From positions 1,344,001-1,408,000 of the forward strand of contig CAXXWQ010000004.1 of the NCBI GenBank assembly GCA_963674945.2: a stretch of 64,000 nt of DNA. Reading direction: 5' to 3'. Numbering within the stretch: position 1 is the stretch's first letter; the number at the start of each line of letters is the position of its first letter. A program made the position numbers and the translations under genes. Shown piece after piece: positions 26,585-37,554 of this stretch. This stretch comes from an uncultured Desulfosarcina sp. Lineage in GTDB: Bacteria; Desulfobacterota; Desulfobacteria; Desulfobacterales; Desulfosarcinaceae. Under the pieces are notes generated by a model. It had not been told where the DNA came from, made no database searches, and saw only the letters and a program-made list of their open reading frames with translations.

Positions 26585-28241
26585 CCTGAATCAGTGGCCT
26601 AATTTTTGCTGTTAGGATTGGCGCGGGGCGATTGCCTCACACACCATCATTTGTTGATAATTTTTCTCACTATTTTCAAATTTCGAAGGAATTTTGCTCC
26701 TGTTTCTCATTCTTTAGCCATAGCAAATCACCAAGCAAATGCCTGTAAAATTGTTCTTTTAAAAATTATAGCTACTTCATAGCGGAAAGCAAATTCAGAC
26801 GAAGATAAATCCGATCCATCAGTTTGGAAAATGGATTGAGTTGGCCAAAGGATATGTACCATTTTCTACTTCTGGTTACTAATCGACCGGCCATATACAT
26901 CAAGTCCTGCATGACTGTCCGGATTCGACGCCGGGTAACTTTCTTCCGGCGTATACCGGGCAATTCAGTCGGATCACTCTCTTCGATGCTGATTTGTCCG
27001 ATAATCCGTAGCATGTTGTACGTCAGCATCGCCAAATGAAGAATCAAGCTATTGGTGGAAAAATGACCGCTCGGCAAGCGCTCCAGGCCCATGTCGGATT
27101 TGAGTTCGGAGTGAAACTGCTCGCTGGTACCGTGATCGTGATAAAGTCGAATCACCTCATCCGGTGGCAACTGTGCGAGGCTGCACCAATAGGTATCGAT
27201 CTGATACTCGGGGAACAGCAGTACTTGGCCCTTTTTGGTATGCCTTTCGGTAACCTCAAAGATGATTGGGTAGCGCAATGGATTGCCGTTGATGTCTTCA
27301 ATCGTCTTTCCGATCCATACACATTTTCCTGAGCGGCAATGCTGTTGCTTGCCGGATTTTTTTGCCAGATCAACCCACTTTTGAACAGATTCTCTACGCA
27401 AATTGCGTTTGATGATAAAGTGGACATTCTTTCGTGAATCGTCAGGAAAGTTGTCTTGACTGTCGTTTCCTGAATCCAACCTCATCAAAATAGGCTGATC
27501 GGTAATTTGCCTGGCATAATCCAAGGTGGCGTTGATAAATTCGGGGGTGTTTTTCTGGCAGTGTTGTTTTCCTTCTCTGAACTCAAGATTCACCAGATAC
27601 CCCTCGGTGCCCAGGTAGGCAAAGATCGGAGCGAAGCCATCCGTGCCTTTGTAGGTTCTGGAAACGCCTTCCTTTTGAGTCTTTGAGTTGTCAAACGGAC
27701 TCACATCCATATCCAAAGGAAGGAAATCACCCGCACTGGTTTGGATGGGTGAAATCGCCGGAGCGCAGGATCGAACCAAATCAACGCCTGCATCCTTAAT
27801 CAGCTTATCGGCTTGGTTGCCGATCAAATCGATTCGCTGACGCAATGTCGGGCTTGACGGGCATGCACGATTGCCAATGGCCTTGTTGAAAAATTCTTGC
27901 TTCTCACGAAAAATCTCGATCGCATCGTAATCAGGTTTACCAATACTCATGAGAGCAATCATCGAAGCTAAAATGTCACCATGAGAAATTTTCGGGTCTA
28001 CACAATGGACGCCGTTGATCTTTTCGAAACGGAACCTGAAATTTATCGCATCAAGTAATGCGCCGATATTGATCAATCCGCTATGACTGGCAAGTTTTTC
28101 CATCTCGTGTTTTATGGTGATCGGACGCCGCATTGATTTCACCTCCGAAGTGAGCGTTTAGTGCCCTAATATTACCATAATATATATGTTTTATCAATTG
28201 GTTATAGTGTTTTAATCAGGTTTTGTGCCACGGAAACAGGG
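26585..28241 (-). mobile_element. IS1380-family insertion sequence (about 1657 bp) with 5-bp target duplication AACAA
   Basis: Imperfect TIRs CCTGAATCAGTGGC / CCTGTTTCCGTGGC. AACAA at 26580-26584 and 28242-28246. One transposase ORF. Confidence 0.9.
26772..28142 (-). CDS. IS1380-family DDE transposase
   Basis: LDMDVSPFDN, TYKGTDGFAP, MRLDSGND, YHDHGTSEQFHSELK. Confidence 0.9.
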   Translation of the reverse strand: MKSMRRPITIKHEMEKLASHSGLINIGALLDAINFRFRFEKINGVHCVDPKISHGDILASMIALMSIGKPDYDAIEIFREKQEFFNKAIGNRACPSSPTLRQRIDLIGNQADKLIKDAGVDLVRSCAPAISPIQTSAGDFLPLDMDVSPFDNSKTQKEGVSRTYKGTDGFAPIFAYLGTEGYLVNLEFREGKQHCQKNTPEFINATLDYARQITDQPILMRLDSGNDSQDNFPDDSRKNVHFIIKRNLRRESVQKWVDLAKKSGKQQHCRSGKCVWIGKTIEDINGNPLRYPIIFEVTERHTKKGQVLLFPEYQIDTYWCSLAQLPPDEVIRLYHDHGTSEQFHSELKSDMGLERLPSGHFSTNSLILHLAMLTYNMLRIIGQISIEESDPTELPGIRRKKVTRRRIRTVMQDLMYMAGRLVTRSRKWYISFGQLNPFSKLMDRIYLRLNLLSAMK

Positions 28242-30827
28242 AACAATATTTACTAACTTGTTTTTAACAACAATCACCTTCTTAATAGGCTTACCATCAA
28301 CAAAACGATTGACCTTTTCCTCGGCCAGGGCCATTTTCTTCAAGGTCTCGCCGTCTGCATCCGCGGCGGCGGTGAACCGGGCACGCAATTTGCCATTCAC
28401 CTGGACCACCACTTCCACCTCTTCTTTCGCGGTGGCGGCCGGATCGAAGATGGGCCATGTCGTGAGCAAAATGCTTCGGTCGTGGCCCAATCTCTCCCAC
28501 AGCTCTTCGCAAAAGTGAGGCACGATGGGGGAAAGAAGCAGAACAGATGTCTTCAGTGCAAACCGCATGGTTTGACACAGGTCTGGCTCTGGATCGACTT
28601 CATCCATGGCCTGCATGGTATTGACCAACTCCATTACGGCACTGATGACCGTGTTGAAGTGAAACCGCTCCTCGATATCCTGGGTGACCCGGGAGATGGT
28701 TTCGTGGGTTTTTCGGAAAAGTTCCCTGGTCTGGACGTCCAGCGCCTCAATGCACGGTTGGCCGTTTGCTCCTTCCATCAGGGGAATCCAGCGTTGGGCC
28801 AGTCGCCAGACCCGCTGCAGGAATCGGTAGGAACCCTCCACCCCCTGTTCGCTCCACTCCAGGTCTCTCTCCGGCGGCGCCGCGAACAAGCAGAAGAGAC
28901 GGGTGGTATCGGCCCCGTATTGATCCAGCAGAACATTGGGATCGATGACATTCTTCTTGGATTTGGACATCTTTTCCACCCGTCCCAGGGTCACCGGTTG
29001 GTTGCATGAAACGCAGGACCGCGCCCCTTCGCCATCGTCCGTCACCTGATCGGGAAAGAGAAAGCCGTGTGTGGGACAACGCATGGTCTCTTTGCAGACC
29101 ATTCCCTGGGTGAGCAACCGGGTAAAGGGTTCCTTGAAAGTAACCAACCCCAGCGTTTCCAGCACCCGGGTGAAGTAGCGGGAATAAAGCAGGTGCAAGA
29201 TGGCGTGCTCCACGCCGCCGATGTACTGGTCCACCGGCATCCAGTAGTCCACCGTCTCCTTGTCGAACATGGCCGTATCACATCGGGGACTGCAGTACCG
29301 TTCGAAATACCAGGAGGACTCCACGAAGGTATCCATGGTATCCGTTTCACGTCGGGCATCCGTTCGGCCACAGCGTGGACATCTGGTTTTAGCGAATTCG
29401 GGCAACGTCGGCAGTGGCGATCGCCCCCCCGGCAACAGATCGACTTGTTCCGGTAAAACGATGGGCAGGTCCGATTCGGGAACGGGCACGACCCCACAAT
29501 CGTCACAATGGATCATGGGGATGGGGGCGCCCCAGTACCGCTGCCGGGAGATCCCCCAATCCCTCAGCCGGAAGCTGACGGTGCGTTTGCCGATATCGTT
29601 CTTTTCCATATAGTCGGCAATGGATTCCATCGCCTGGCGGTTGGCCATGCCGTCGAAATCCCCGGAATTTACCATGACCCCTTCGCCGGCGTATGCGGCT
29701 TCCATGGTATCTCCATTTAGGGATTCCCCTTTCGGGTTGACGACCACAACAATGGGCAGGCCGTACTTTCTGGCGAAATCGAAATCTCGCTGATCGTGGG
29801 CCGGCACCGACATGACCGCACCGGTGCCGTACTCCATGAGGGCGAAGTTGGCCGTGTAGACGGGCATGCGTCTGCCGTTCACGGGGTTGATGCAGTGGGC
29901 GCCGGTAAACACGCCTTCCTTCTCGTAGGTTTCGATGGCCTTACTGGATCGCTCCTGATGGGAAATCCGTTCGATGAAGTCCGCCACGGCCGCCGACTGC
30001 GGTGTACCGGCCGACAGTTCACCAACCATGGGATGTTCGGGTGCAAGGCACATGAAGGTGGCCCCGAACACCGTGTCCTGACGGGTCGTAAAGACACTGA
30101 TGACCGCATCGCTGCCTTCCACCGGAAAACGGATCTCTGCACCGACGCTCTTTCCGATCCAGTTACGCTGCATGGTGGTCACCTTGTCCGGCCAGCCGGG
30201 CAATTGATCGCAGTGCACCAAAAGATCTTCGGCAAAATCGGTGATCTTGAAAAACCACTGCCACAGTTTCTTCTGGCGAACCGGCTTGCCGCAACGCCAG
30301 CACATGCCCGCCTCCACCTGCTCATTGGCCAGCACCGTCTGGCATGGGTCGCACCAGTTTACATAAGACTCCTTTCGGTAGGCCATCTTTCGCTCGACCA
30401 TTTTCAGAAACAGCCACTGCTCCCATCGGTAATATTCGGGACGGCACGTGGCCAATTCACGTTTCCAGTCATAGGAAAACCCCAGCCGCTTGAGCTGCGC
30501 CCGCATGGTATCGATATTCTCATAGGTCCATTTGGCCGGATGGGTGTCGTTGGCGATGGCCGCATTCTCCGCCGGCATGCCGAAGGCATCCCAGCCCATG
30601 GGATGCAGAACGTTAAACCCCCGCATGCGTTTGTAACGTGCGACCACGTCACCGATGGTGTAATTTCTGACGTGCCCCATGTGGATCTTGCCCGATGGAT
30701 AGGGAAACATTTCCAGCAGATAATATTTTTCCTGGTCCGGTACGACCTTTACGTGAAATAATTTGTCCTGCTGCCACCGGTTTTGCCATTTGGCTTCAAT
30801 TGATTGGGGATGGTACCGATCGTCCAT
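28212..30827 (-). CDS. leuS: Leucine--tRNA ligase (last 9 codons and stop supplied by the IS)
   Basis: MFPYPSG, HMGH (HIGH motif), KMSKS, QVNGKLR, KLVNIV. Confidence 0.98.
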   Translation of the reverse strand: MDDRYHPQSIEAKWQNRWQQDKLFHVKVVPDQEKYYLLEMFPYPSGKIHMGHVRNYTIGDVVARYKRMRGFNVLHPMGWDAFGMPAENAAIANDTHPAKWTYENIDTMRAQLKRLGFSYDWKRELATCRPEYYRWEQWLFLKMVERKMAYRKESYVNWCDPCQTVLANEQVEAGMCWRCGKPVRQKKLWQWFFKITDFAEDLLVHCDQLPGWPDKVTTMQRNWIGKSVGAEIRFPVEGSDAVISVFTTRQDTVFGATFMCLAPEHPMVGELSAGTPQSAAVADFIERISHQERSSKAIETYEKEGVFTGAHCINPVNGRRMPVYTANFALMEYGTGAVMSVPAHDQRDFDFARKYGLPIVVVVNPKGESLNGDTMEAAYAGEGVMVNSGDFDGMANRQAMESIADYMEKNDIGKRTVSFRLRDWGISRQRYWGAPIPMIHCDDCGVVPVPESDLPIVLPEQVDLLPGGRSPLPTLPEFAKTRCPRCGRTDARRETDTMDTFVESSWYFERYCSPRCDTAMFDKETVDYWMPVDQYIGGVEHAILHLLYSRYFTRVLETLGLVTFKEPFTRLLTQGMVCKETMRCPTHGFLFPDQVTDDGEGARSCVSCNQPVTLGRVEKMSKSKKNVIDPNVLLDQYGADTTRLFCLFAAPPERDLEWSEQGVEGSYRFLQRVWRLAQRWIPLMEGANGQPCIEALDVQTRELFRKTHETISRVTQDIEERFHFNTVISAVMELVNTMQAMDEVDPEPDLCQTMRFALKTSVLLLSPIVPHFCEELWERLGHDRSILLTTWPIFDPAATAKEEVEVVVQVNGKLRARFTAAADADGETLKKMALAEEKVNRFVDGKPIKKVIVVKNKLVNIVPCFRGTKPD

Positions 30828-31339
30828 TTATCTTCCTATCTAATTATCAGTGTTGCGTCGGCAGTGCCATATTCGGTTTTCCCACGCGGGAGGATATCGT
30901 AATTTTTAAATATTGAGATGCTACACATCCTATGGAATCGCAGTTTTCTTAACCTGGGATCGTGGATTCTCTCATGCCACAAAGCCCGGTAAAGATCAAG
31001 AAGGGATAGGCGGCACCTTGCGAGCCAAGGCATTGAAAAAAATGGTATCTTCCACCCATGGGATCGTCCAAACCATCGGCCGAAAGGATCTTCCCTTCTG
31101 TGAAACGCATTAGCCGATACAAATTGAAAAATGCTTTTTATAAAAAGCTTTTCCCATTTCAACCAATCGGCAAAATAATTGAAGAATGAATTTCGTTCGT
31201 AATACTGTTTGGCGATCTATCGGTCTGGAAAAGCTTTTTCCGTATTGGCCGAAAATTCGTTGACTTGCATATAACAATCAATTATTTATACAGATTTGAG
31301 GTAGTCAACCTAAATGTGGAGGGTAATTTCGAAAAACGA

Positions 31340-32833
31340 ATGACCAGCAAAATTCTCATCAATGCAGTGGACCCGGAAGAGGTCCGGCTTGCCATTGTGA
31401 AAGATAGCCGCTTAGAGGAATTTCACATTGAAAGTGCTTCCAGGGAGATCCTGCACAGCAGTATCTACAAGGGCCAGATCACCCGTATCGAGCCCAGCCT
31501 GCAGGCCGTTTTCGTGGATTTTGGTGCAGAACGCCACGGATTCTTGCAAAAACAGGAGATTCACAGCGACTATTTCCAGGGAGCGCCATCCAATGGGAAA
31601 ACCATCCAGAACCTGGTCAAACGCGGTCAGGAGCTGATGGTACAGGTAACCAAGGACCCCATCATGAAGAAAGGGGCCATGCTCACCACCTATATTTCCC
31701 TGCCCGGCCGTTATGTGGTACTCATGCCGGGCAGTGATACGCTCGGTATTTCCCGCAAGATCGAGGACGAAAAGGAACGAAACCGGTTAAAGGAGATCCT
31801 GGAGAAATTGAATTTGCCGGAAGGGTTCGGCGTCATCGTTCGGACTGCCGGCCAGGGGTGCACCAAGACCGTGTTGACCAAGGATGTGCAATACCTTCTC
31901 CGGCTATGGAAGAACATCACCAACCGGGCCGTCAAAGCCCCCGCCCCTTCGACCCTTTACAAGGATCGAAACCTGGCCGTTCGCTCCATCCGTGATCATT
32001 TCACACCGGATATCAAGGAAATTCTCATCGACGATGAGGCCATTTACCAGGAGGTGAAAAATTTCGTTCATATCATTGCGCCCAAGCAGACCGGTATCAT
32101 CAAACTCCATACGTCGGATAAACCCATCTTCACCCGTTTCCAGCTGGAAGATCAGATCGCGACCATCTTCAACAACCGCGTACACTTAAAATCGGGCGGT
32201 TCCGTCGTATTGGAACGGACCGAAGCACTGGTGGCCATCGACGTCAACTCAGGCAAAGGGACCCAGAAAAAAAACATCGAGGAGACCGCATTGATGACCA
32301 ATCTCGAAGCGGCATCGGAAATCGCCCGCCAACTTCGGATTCGGGATCTGGGTGGACTCATCGTCATCGATTTCATCGACATGCGGGATCAAAAACACCG
32401 CAGTCAGGTGGAAAAAGCTCTTCGCAGCGCCATGAAACAGGATCGGGCCCGGGTAAAAATCGGAAAAATTTCCAAATTCGGCCTCTTGGAACTCTCACGA
32501 CAACGCCTGCGCCCCTCCATCGATTTCGGAAACATGGAGACCTGCGCCCGTTGCGGCGGCAAGGGCCAAGTACCATCGACGGAGTCGCTGGGCTTGAAAT
32601 TTCTTCGAAAACTGAAATTGGATACCCTGAAAGGGGATATCCTGCAAGTCACCGCCCAACTGCCGGTGTCCATCGCCACCTATCTGCTCAATCGGAAAAG
32701 AAAAGAGCTTTTTGCCCTGGAAGAAAAACGGGACATCTGCATCACAATCATAGCCCGGGACGATCTGATTCCCGGGCAGATGGAAGTGGCGTACGACAGG
32801 AAAAACAAAAGCGAAGAGAATACCAACGCGTAA
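31340..32833 (+). CDS. Rne/Rng family ribonuclease
   Basis: IYKGQITRIEPSLQAVFVDFG, AIDVNSG, DLGGLIVIDFIDM, CARCGGKG. ATG 31340; no long C-terminal scaffold. Confidence 0.95.
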   Translation: MTSKILINAVDPEEVRLAIVKDSRLEEFHIESASREILHSSIYKGQITRIEPSLQAVFVDFGAERHGFLQKQEIHSDYFQGAPSNGKTIQNLVKRGQELMVQVTKDPIMKKGAMLTTYISLPGRYVVLMPGSDTLGISRKIEDEKERNRLKEILEKLNLPEGFGVIVRTAGQGCTKTVLTKDVQYLLRLWKNITNRAVKAPAPSTLYKDRNLAVRSIRDHFTPDIKEILIDDEAIYQEVKNFVHIIAPKQTGIIKLHTSDKPIFTRFQLEDQIATIFNNRVHLKSGGSVVLERTEALVAIDVNSGKGTQKKNIEETALMTNLEAASEIARQLRIRDLGGLIVIDFIDMRDQKHRSQVEKALRSAMKQDRARVKIGKISKFGLLELSRQRLRPSIDFGNMETCARCGGKGQVPSTESLGLKFLRKLKLDTLKGDILQVTAQLPVSIATYLLNRKRKELFALEEKRDICITIIARDDLIPGQMEVAYDRKNKSEENTNA

Positions 32834-32946
32834 GGGCCGGTTTGCTTGCGCAAACCCTGTCACCTGGCTTGTAAAACCAGGATGATCGCATGTAGATTTG
32901 ATTCACGGCATAGGCTTGTCCGGCTGAACACGGGGAAGGCGGATGG

Positions 32947-33070
32947 AAGTGCCTATCGTGTGCGAAAGTGCCTAACGTTGATGTATTCTGCCTTTTACCA
33001 TAAAACGGGAAAGTGAAACGACTCCTGAACTTTAGCGCACCTTAGTTCGCTTTGGGCACTTGAGTTCACT
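32947..33070. repeat. Degenerate inverted-repeat element with about 10-bp periodic arms (AAAGTGCCT-like)
   Basis: AGTGCCTATCGTGTGCGAAAGTGCCTAACGTT ... AACTTTAGCGCACCTTAGTTCGCTTTGGGCACT. Confidence 0.5.
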
Positions 33071-33249
33071 ACATCATCGCCACTTGCGATTCCCCTGATC
33101 GCAAAACAAGAACCAATTGACGGGGCCGGTGTTTTGCAGTATACCAGCGCCACAGCCGGATGATGATCCTACGGCAAAAAATGGCCGCGTGTGCCCTACA
33201 AAATGGCACCGGGCCTTACTTTGTTACAACAGAGGAGGTTTTTTCACCG

Positions 33250-33612
33250 ATGAATATCGCTTATGCAATGGGACAGGCAGGAACAGGCGCCCAGGGGGGA
33301 GCTGGAGGATTCGCATCGTTTGTTCCGCTGATTCTCATGTTCGTTATTTTCTATTTTTTGCTGATTCGCCCCCAGCAGAAAAAGACCAAAGCACACCGGG
33401 AGATGATCGACAACCTTAAAACAGGTGACAGAATCATCACCAGCGGCGGCCTCCATGGCCGGGTCACCGGTGTATCCGACAACACCTTGACGGTGGAAAT
33501 CGCCGAGAAGGTTCGCGTAAAGGTGAACCGCGCCAGTGTATCCGCCCTTTTGCAGACCAACGCAACTGCGGCCCCGTCGAAAAAAGATAAAAAAGACAGC
33601 GGCAAAGCCTAA
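33250..33612 (+). CDS. yajC: Preprotein translocase subunit YajC
   Basis: FYFLLIRPQQKK, GDRIITSGGLHG; GAGGAGG RBS. Confidence 0.95.
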   Translation: MNIAYAMGQAGTGAQGGAGGFASFVPLILMFVIFYFLLIRPQQKKTKAHREMIDNLKTGDRIITSGGLHGRVTGVSDNTLTVEIAEKVRVKVNRASVSALLQTNATAAPSKKDKKDSGKA

Positions 33613-33748
33613 ATACACCTCGTTTTCCCTTATATTGCCCCAATGCCATCGATAAACCGCCCCTGTAGGCGCCCAATCGCCAGCGGTAGTGCACGGAATC
33701 AGGCGTCCAATGGGGTTTTGGCAGTAAGGTCATGAAAGGAACGATGCA

Positions 33749-35326
33749 TTGAAGAATCTTTCGTGGAGACTGGTACTGATTGCTGCAGTGATCGTGGTTG
33801 CGATCATCTATGTAATCCCGACATTCAAGCCCGGCATCTGGCCCCACAAGAAAATCAACCTGGGTCTCGATTTGCAGGGGGGGATGCACTTGGTGCTGGC
33901 GGTGGATGTCGAGAAGGCCGTCGAAAACACCGTGGAGCGCATCGAGCAGGAACTGCGGGAGCAGCTTCGGAAAGAACGAATCCGAACCCTTGGTATCGAT
34001 CGGGTGGAAGGCATCAAGTTGGCCGTGAAGGTGGAACAGCAGGATAGTATTCAGCGTTTCGACAATCTGCTCGATGACGAATTTCCCGACCTGCGCACGT
34101 CCCACCGCAAAGTCGAAAACGGAGTCCTCTCCCTGGTGCTTGACATTCCCGAAAAGGAATCCGAGCGGATCCGAAAACTGGCCGTGGACCAGGCCTTGGA
34201 GACCATACGCAACCGTATCGACCAATTCGGCGTCAGCGAGCCGGACATCCGCATTCAAGGAGAACGGCGCATCCTGGTCCAACTGCCGGGAATCAAGGAT
34301 ACCCAACGTGCCAAGGAGTTGATTGGCAAGACCGCATTGTTGGAGTTCAAACTTTTGGACGAGACCCACGATGTGGATGCCGCACTGGCCGGTAATGTAC
34401 CCGCGGGCAGTGAAATCCTCTACGAAACCGAGAAGGATCCGAATACCAATCGAACCCGCAAGATCCCCTACCTGGTCAAGAAACGGACCAGCCTGACCGG
34501 TGCATACCTGACCGACGCCAGGGTACAGATCGACAGCCAGTATAACGACCCTTATGTCTCCATCACCTTCGATCGAAAAGGGGCACGGCTCTTCGAGCGC
34601 ATCACCGAGGAAAACGTCAAGAAGCGCCTGGCCATCGTCCTGGACGACAATGTCTACTCGGCGCCGGTGATTCAGGAAAAGATCGCGGGCGGGGAAGCCC
34701 GTATCACCGGCAGTTTCACGACGGAAGAGGCGCGTGACCTGGCGATCATCCTGCGGGCCGGTGCCCTTCCGGCACCCGTTGAGATCCTGGAAGAACGGAC
34801 CGTCGGCCCCTCCCTGGGAACCGACTCCATCCGCATGGGTCTTTGGAGCATGTGCGTGGGAGGGATCCTGGTGGTGGTGTTCATGGTGATCTACTACAAA
34901 GGCTCAGGATTGGTGGCTGATTTTGCCCTGGTTCTCAACATTTTGTTAATCGCCGGTGGGTTGGCCGGCTTCGGCGCCACCCTCACCTTGCCCGGCATCG
35001 CGGGGATCATCTTGACCATCGGCATGGCCGTGGATGCCAACGTTTTGATTTTCGAACGCATCCGGGAAGAGATGACCCTGGGCAAGACACCACGGGCCGC
35101 AGTGGACGCCGGTTACGACCGGGCGACCTTGACCATCCTGGATGCCAATGTCACGACCTTGATTGCCGCACTCGTGCTTTTTCAATTCGGTACCGGACCG
35201 GTAAAGGGCTTTGCCGTAACCTTGAGTCTCGGGGTCGTGGCCAGTCTGTTCACCGCCCTGGTGCTCACAAAGGCGATCTTCGATTATTTTCTGATGTATC
35301 GAAAAATTCGTGCCATCAGTATTTGA
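33749..35326 (+). CDS. secD: Protein translocase subunit SecD
   Basis: LGLDLQGG, RNRIDQFGVSEP, GMAVDANVLIFERIREE. Confidence 0.97.
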   Translation: MKNLSWRLVLIAAVIVVAIIYVIPTFKPGIWPHKKINLGLDLQGGMHLVLAVDVEKAVENTVERIEQELREQLRKERIRTLGIDRVEGIKLAVKVEQQDSIQRFDNLLDDEFPDLRTSHRKVENGVLSLVLDIPEKESERIRKLAVDQALETIRNRIDQFGVSEPDIRIQGERRILVQLPGIKDTQRAKELIGKTALLEFKLLDETHDVDAALAGNVPAGSEILYETEKDPNTNRTRKIPYLVKKRTSLTGAYLTDARVQIDSQYNDPYVSITFDRKGARLFERITEENVKKRLAIVLDDNVYSAPVIQEKIAGGEARITGSFTTEEARDLAIILRAGALPAPVEILEERTVGPSLGTDSIRMGLWSMCVGGILVVVFMVIYYKGSGLVADFALVLNILLIAGGLAGFGATLTLPGIAGIILTIGMAVDANVLIFERIREEMTLGKTPRAAVDAGYDRATLTILDANVTTLIAALVLFQFGTGPVKGFAVTLSLGVVASLFTALVLTKAIFDYFLMYRKIRAISI

Positions 35327-35387
35327 GGATCCCGTATGCAGTCGGATATCGGACGGTAACGAAAAAAACCCATCGAGGAACGGATTC

Positions 35388-36422
35388 ATGCAGTTTATCA
35401 AGCCGGACATCAACATCGATTTCATCGGAAAACGGAAAATCGCCTTCGTCTTCTCCCTGATGATGATCATTATCAGCATCGCGTCATTGATTGTACACAA
35501 AGGCCCGCGTTACGGTATCGACTTTGCCGGCGGCACCCTGGTCCAGGTAAAATTCGAAGCCGCCGTTCCCATCAACCAGATCAAATCAGGACTTTCGGCC
35601 ATGGACCTGACGGCTTCGGCCGTCCAGCAGTTCGGCCATGCCGAAAACCACGAATATCTCATCCGCACCGATGCCACGATCTCGGCCATGGAGGATCTTT
35701 CCGAAAAGGTAGAAGATCAATTGAAGGCGGCAACCGGCGTACCCGTGGAAATCCGGCGTGTCGAAATGGTCGGACCGCAGGTGGGAAAGGATCTCCGGGA
35801 GAAGGCACTGTTCGCAATTTTCTACGCCCTTTTGTTCATCACCGTATACATCTCCGGTCGTTTTGAATTGAAGTGGGCCAAAAGCGCCATCGTCGCCGCC
35901 GCCATCATGGGAGCGGTTTACCTGCTCTCCCTGTTTCACGTATCCATTCCGTTTCTCATGCTGGCCGCGCTGGTGGTCTCCCTGGTCATCTTCTGGTTCT
36001 TCGAATTCAAATATGCCATGGGCGCCATCGTGGCCCTGATCCACGATGTCACCATCACCGTCGGCATTTTTTCCATCTTCGGCAAGGAGTTCACCCTGCC
36101 CATCGTAGCGGCGCTGCTGACCATCATCGGCTACTCCTTGAACGATACCATCATCGTATTCGATCGCATCCGGGAAAACCTGCGCAAGTATCACAAAGAG
36201 CCCTTGGGTACGATCTTGAACAAGAGCATCAACGAGACACTGAGCCGAACCATTCTCACCTCCATGACAACCTTGGTGGTGGTTATCGCCCTTTTCGTTC
36301 TGGGAGGCGGCATCATCCACGATTTTTCCTTCGCCCTCCTGGTGGGTGTCCTGATCGGAACCTACTCGTCTATCTACGTTGCCAGTCCCATCTTGCTGGC
36401 CTGGCAGGCCCGGAGAAAATAG
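35388..36422 (+). CDS. secF: Protein translocase subunit SecF
   Basis: GIDFAGG, VGPQVG, GYSLNDTIIVFDRIREN. Confidence 0.96.
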   Translation: MQFIKPDINIDFIGKRKIAFVFSLMMIIISIASLIVHKGPRYGIDFAGGTLVQVKFEAAVPINQIKSGLSAMDLTASAVQQFGHAENHEYLIRTDATISAMEDLSEKVEDQLKAATGVPVEIRRVEMVGPQVGKDLREKALFAIFYALLFITVYISGRFELKWAKSAIVAAAIMGAVYLLSLFHVSIPFLMLAALVVSLVIFWFFEFKYAMGAIVALIHDVTITVGIFSIFGKEFTLPIVAALLTIIGYSLNDTIIVFDRIRENLRKYHKEPLGTILNKSINETLSRTILTSMTTLVVVIALFVLGGGIIHDFSFALLVGVLIGTYSSIYVASPILLAWQARRK

Positions 36423-37535
36423 ATGTCCGGCCTGCGGCCCTGGTTCGCCTTAAAAAGCGTCCCGGGGATCGGCAACCTGTTATTTCGACGACTCGTTGAA
36501 CATTTTCAAACGCCGGAGTCCGTGTTTGACGCAGACGACAAGCAGCTTCTCGCCATTCGCGGCGTCACGGCAAAGGTGGTGGCGGGCATACGCCGGCACC
36601 GCAATGGATCCGATGCTATCGACAGGGAAATGGCATCGGTACGAAAAAAGGGATACACCGTCGTCACTTGGCAAGATCGGCGCTACCCCTCTCTTTTACG
36701 ACAGATACCGGATCCGCCCCCTTATCTGTATGTCTATGGCGCCCTGCCCGACACCGGACTGCACATCGCCGTTGTCGGCTCCCGCAATGCCACCGCATAT
36801 GGTATTTCGGCGACAAGACGGCTGTGCGGGGATTTAGCCAGACACGATGTCGCCATCGTCAGCGGCATGGCGCGTGGAGTGGATACGGCGGCCCATACCG
36901 GCACCCTCGCCGCAGGCGGTGTTACGATCGCGGTATTGGGAACCGGTTTGAACATCGTCTACCCTTCGGAAAACAGACGACTGTCCCATCAAATCGCGGA
37001 AAATGGCGCCGTCGTTACCGAATACCCCCTGGAAACCGGCCCGGATGCCCACCACTTTCCGGCCCGAAACCGCATCATCAGCGGCATGTGCCACGGCACG
37101 GTGGTGGTGGAAGCCACGGGGCGGAGTGGCTCGCTGATTACCGCCCGCCTGGCCGCCGAACAGAACCGGGAGGTATTCGCCGTTCCCGGCAATATCCACT
37201 CGTTCAAGAGCGTCGGTACCCATGACCTGATCAAACAAGGGGCAAAACTGGTGGCCCATGCCGGAGACATTTTAGAGGAATTCCAAAACACTGGAACCTT
37301 TGGTCCACCGCCATCCCAGCATTTTCCGCCTGAAGTTTCATTGACGGATGACGAAGAGGTGGTTATGGATAGTCTCGACGCCGAACCGGTTCACATCGAT
37401 GTACTGGTTCGGAAGCTGAACATGACACCGGGACGCCTGTCCGGCATCCTCGTGCAACTTGAACTAAAGGGACTGGTGGAAAACCATCCGGGCAAACGAT
37501 ACGCCCGGATTCCCGGCCCCCTGCGAAAAACGTAA
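36423..37535 (+). CDS. dprA: DNA-processing protein DprA
   Basis: AVVGSR, SGMARGVD, FPARNRIISG, SGSLITA. Confidence 0.95.
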   Translation: MSGLRPWFALKSVPGIGNLLFRRLVEHFQTPESVFDADDKQLLAIRGVTAKVVAGIRRHRNGSDAIDREMASVRKKGYTVVTWQDRRYPSLLRQIPDPPPYLYVYGALPDTGLHIAVVGSRNATAYGISATRRLCGDLARHDVAIVSGMARGVDTAAHTGTLAAGGVTIAVLGTGLNIVYPSENRRLSHQIAENGAVVTEYPLETGPDAHHFPARNRIISGMCHGTVVVEATGRSGSLITARLAAEQNREVFAVPGNIHSFKSVGTHDLIKQGAKLVAHAGDILEEFQNTGTFGPPPSQHFPPEVSLTDDEEVVMDSLDAEPVHIDVLVRKLNMTPGRLSGILVQLELKGLVENHPGKRYARIPGPLRKT

Positions 37536-37554
37536 AATAAAAAAGAGGTATCCA

